DNA of 64,000 bases from Hypanus sabinus (lineage: Eukaryota), in contig NW_026779008.1 of the NCBI RefSeq assembly GCF_030144855.1, positions 744,001 through 808,000 on the forward strand, in the 5' to 3' direction. Positions 62,201-64,000 of this stretch are shown piece by piece. Position 1 is the stretch's first letter; each line of letters begins with the position of its first letter. The notes below the pieces were generated by a model, which worked only from the letters and a program-made list of their open reading frames with translations, ran no database searches and had not been told where the DNA came from. Both the position numbers and the translations under genes were made by a program.

Positions 62201-64000
62201 TGCATTCCGTGTACCTACCTAACGGATTCTGAAAAGACCCTGATTGTACCCGCCTTTACCACCATTGCTGGCAGTCCATTCCACGTACCTACCGAACTGT
62301 GTCTGAAAAGACCCTGATTGTACCCACCTTTACCACCGTCACTGGCAGTGCATTCCACGTACCTACCGAACAGTGTCTGAAAAGACCCTGATTGTATCAA
62401 CCTTTACCACCGTCGCTGGCAGTGCATTCCACGTACCTACTGAACAGTGTCTGAAAAGGCTCTGATTGTATCCACATTTACCACCATCGCTGGCAGTGCA
62501 TTCCGTGTACCTAACTAACAGATTCTGAAAAGACCCTGATTGTACCCGCCTTTACCACCGTCGCTGGCAGTGCATTCCAAGTACCTACCGAACTGTGTCT
62601 GAAAAGACCCTGATTGTACCCACGTTTCCCACCGTCACTGGCAGTGCATTCCACGTACCTACCGAACAGTGTCTGAAAAGACCATGATTGTACCCACCTT
62701 TACCACCGTCGCTGGCAGTGCATTCCACGTACCTACCGAACAGTGTCTGAAAAGACCCTGATTGTTCCCACCTTTACCATAGTCGCTGTCAGTGCATTCC
62801 ACGTACCTACCGAACAGTGTCTGAAAAGACCCTGATTGTACCCACCTTTACCACCGTCGCTGTCAGTGCATTCCACGTACCTACCGAACAGTGTCTGAAA
62901 AGTCCCTCATTGTACCCACCTTTACCACCGTCGCTGGCAGTGCATTCCACGTACCTACCGAACAGTGATTGAAAAGACCCTAATTGTATCCACCTTTAAC
63001 ACCGTCGCTGGCAGTGCATTCCACGTACCTACCGAAAAGTGTCTGCGAATACCCTGATTGTACCCACCTTTACCACCGTCGCTGGCAGTGCATTCCACGT
63101 ACCTACCGATCAGTGTCTGAAAATACCCCGATTGTATCCACCTTTACCACCATCGCTGGCAGTGCATTCCGTGTACTTACCTAACAGATTCTGAAAAGAC
63201 CCTGATTGTACCCGCCTTTAGCACCATCGCTGGCAGTGCATTCCATGTACCTACCGAACAGTATCTGAAATGACCCTGATTGTACCCACCTTTACCACCG
63301 TCGCTGTCAGTCCATTCCACGTACCTACCGAACAGTGTCTGAAAAGACCCTGATTGTACACACCTTTACCACCGTCACTGGCAGTGCATTCCACGTACCT
63401 ACCGAACAGTGTCTGAAAAGACCCTGATTGTATCAACCTTTACCACCGTCGCTGGCAGTGCATTACACGTACCTACCGAACAGCATCTGAAAGGACCCTG
63501 ACTATACCCACCTTTACCACCGTCGCTAGCAGTGCATTCCACGTACCTACCGAACAGTGTCTCAAAAGTCCCTGATTGTATCCACCTTTACCACCGTCGC
63601 TGGCAGTGCATTCCACGTACCTACCGAACAGTGTCTGAAAAGACTCTGATTGTATCCACATTTACCACCGTCGCTGGTAGTGCATTCCACGTACCTACCG
63701 AACAGTGTCTGAAAAGACGCTGATTGTACCCACCTTTACCACCGTCGCTGTCAGTGCATTCCACGTACCTACCGAACAGTGATTGAAAAGACCCTAATTG
63801 TATCCACCATTAACACCGTCGCTGGCAGTGCATTCCACGTACCTATCGAACAGTGTCTGAAAAGACCCTGATTGTACCCACCTTTAACACCGTCGCTGTC
63901 AGTGCATTCCACGTACCTACCGAACAGTGTCTGAAAAGACCCTGATTGTACCCACCTTTACCACCGTCGCTGTCAGTGCATTCCACGTACCTACCGAACA
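59175..64000 (-). repeat. 74-bp satellite (~65 copies, runs off the window) derived from the CR1 ORF2 3' end
   Basis: Minus-strand unit GTGGAATGCACTGCCAGCGACGGTGGTAAAGGTGGATACAATCAGGGTCTTTTCAGACACTGTTCGGTAGGTAC; compare the CR1 copy at 56497-56580. Confidence 0.97.

Noticed and set aside
59175-64000. CRISPR-like array or repeated small ORFs
   Set aside because: Units are head-to-tail with no unique spacers; the 74-bp period shifts frame and the peptides are CR1 remnants

Overview
Eukaryotic (vertebrate) DNA. The repeat content points to a cartilaginous fish, probably a ray or skate: abundant CR1 LINEs, an HE1-type V-SINE and Penelope-like elements. Most of the window is decayed retroelement sequence (CR1, Rex1-type, L1/Tx1, an RNase H-bearing I/Nimb-type LINE, Penelope-like elements and several solo LTRs with target-site duplications), and there is one 169-N gap. 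Two host genes can be supported, both on the minus strand. The first is an intact six-coding-exon TRIM gene (RING, B-box, coiled coil, B30.2/PRY-SPRY; 478 aa; 28228 to 16561). The second is a 17-finger C2H2 zinc-finger ORF with no visible KRAB domain (44707 to 43175). The most unusual structure is the 5' end of the TRIM locus. An ISRE/ETS promoter is followed by a truncated paralogous RING-only ORF, then a Penelope-derived insertion carrying a sense-strand minimal hammerhead ribozyme motif, then the full TRIM start codon. This looks like a deletion-made fusion of two tandem paralogues. Other notable features: a ~1.5 kb inverted duplication of an NRF1/YY1 bidirectional promoter, an orphan ZNF143-type promoter, a >4.8 kb 74-bp satellite derived from a CR1 3' end, and several minisatellites. 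Transposon boundaries are approximate and family names come from recognising motifs, not from database searches.
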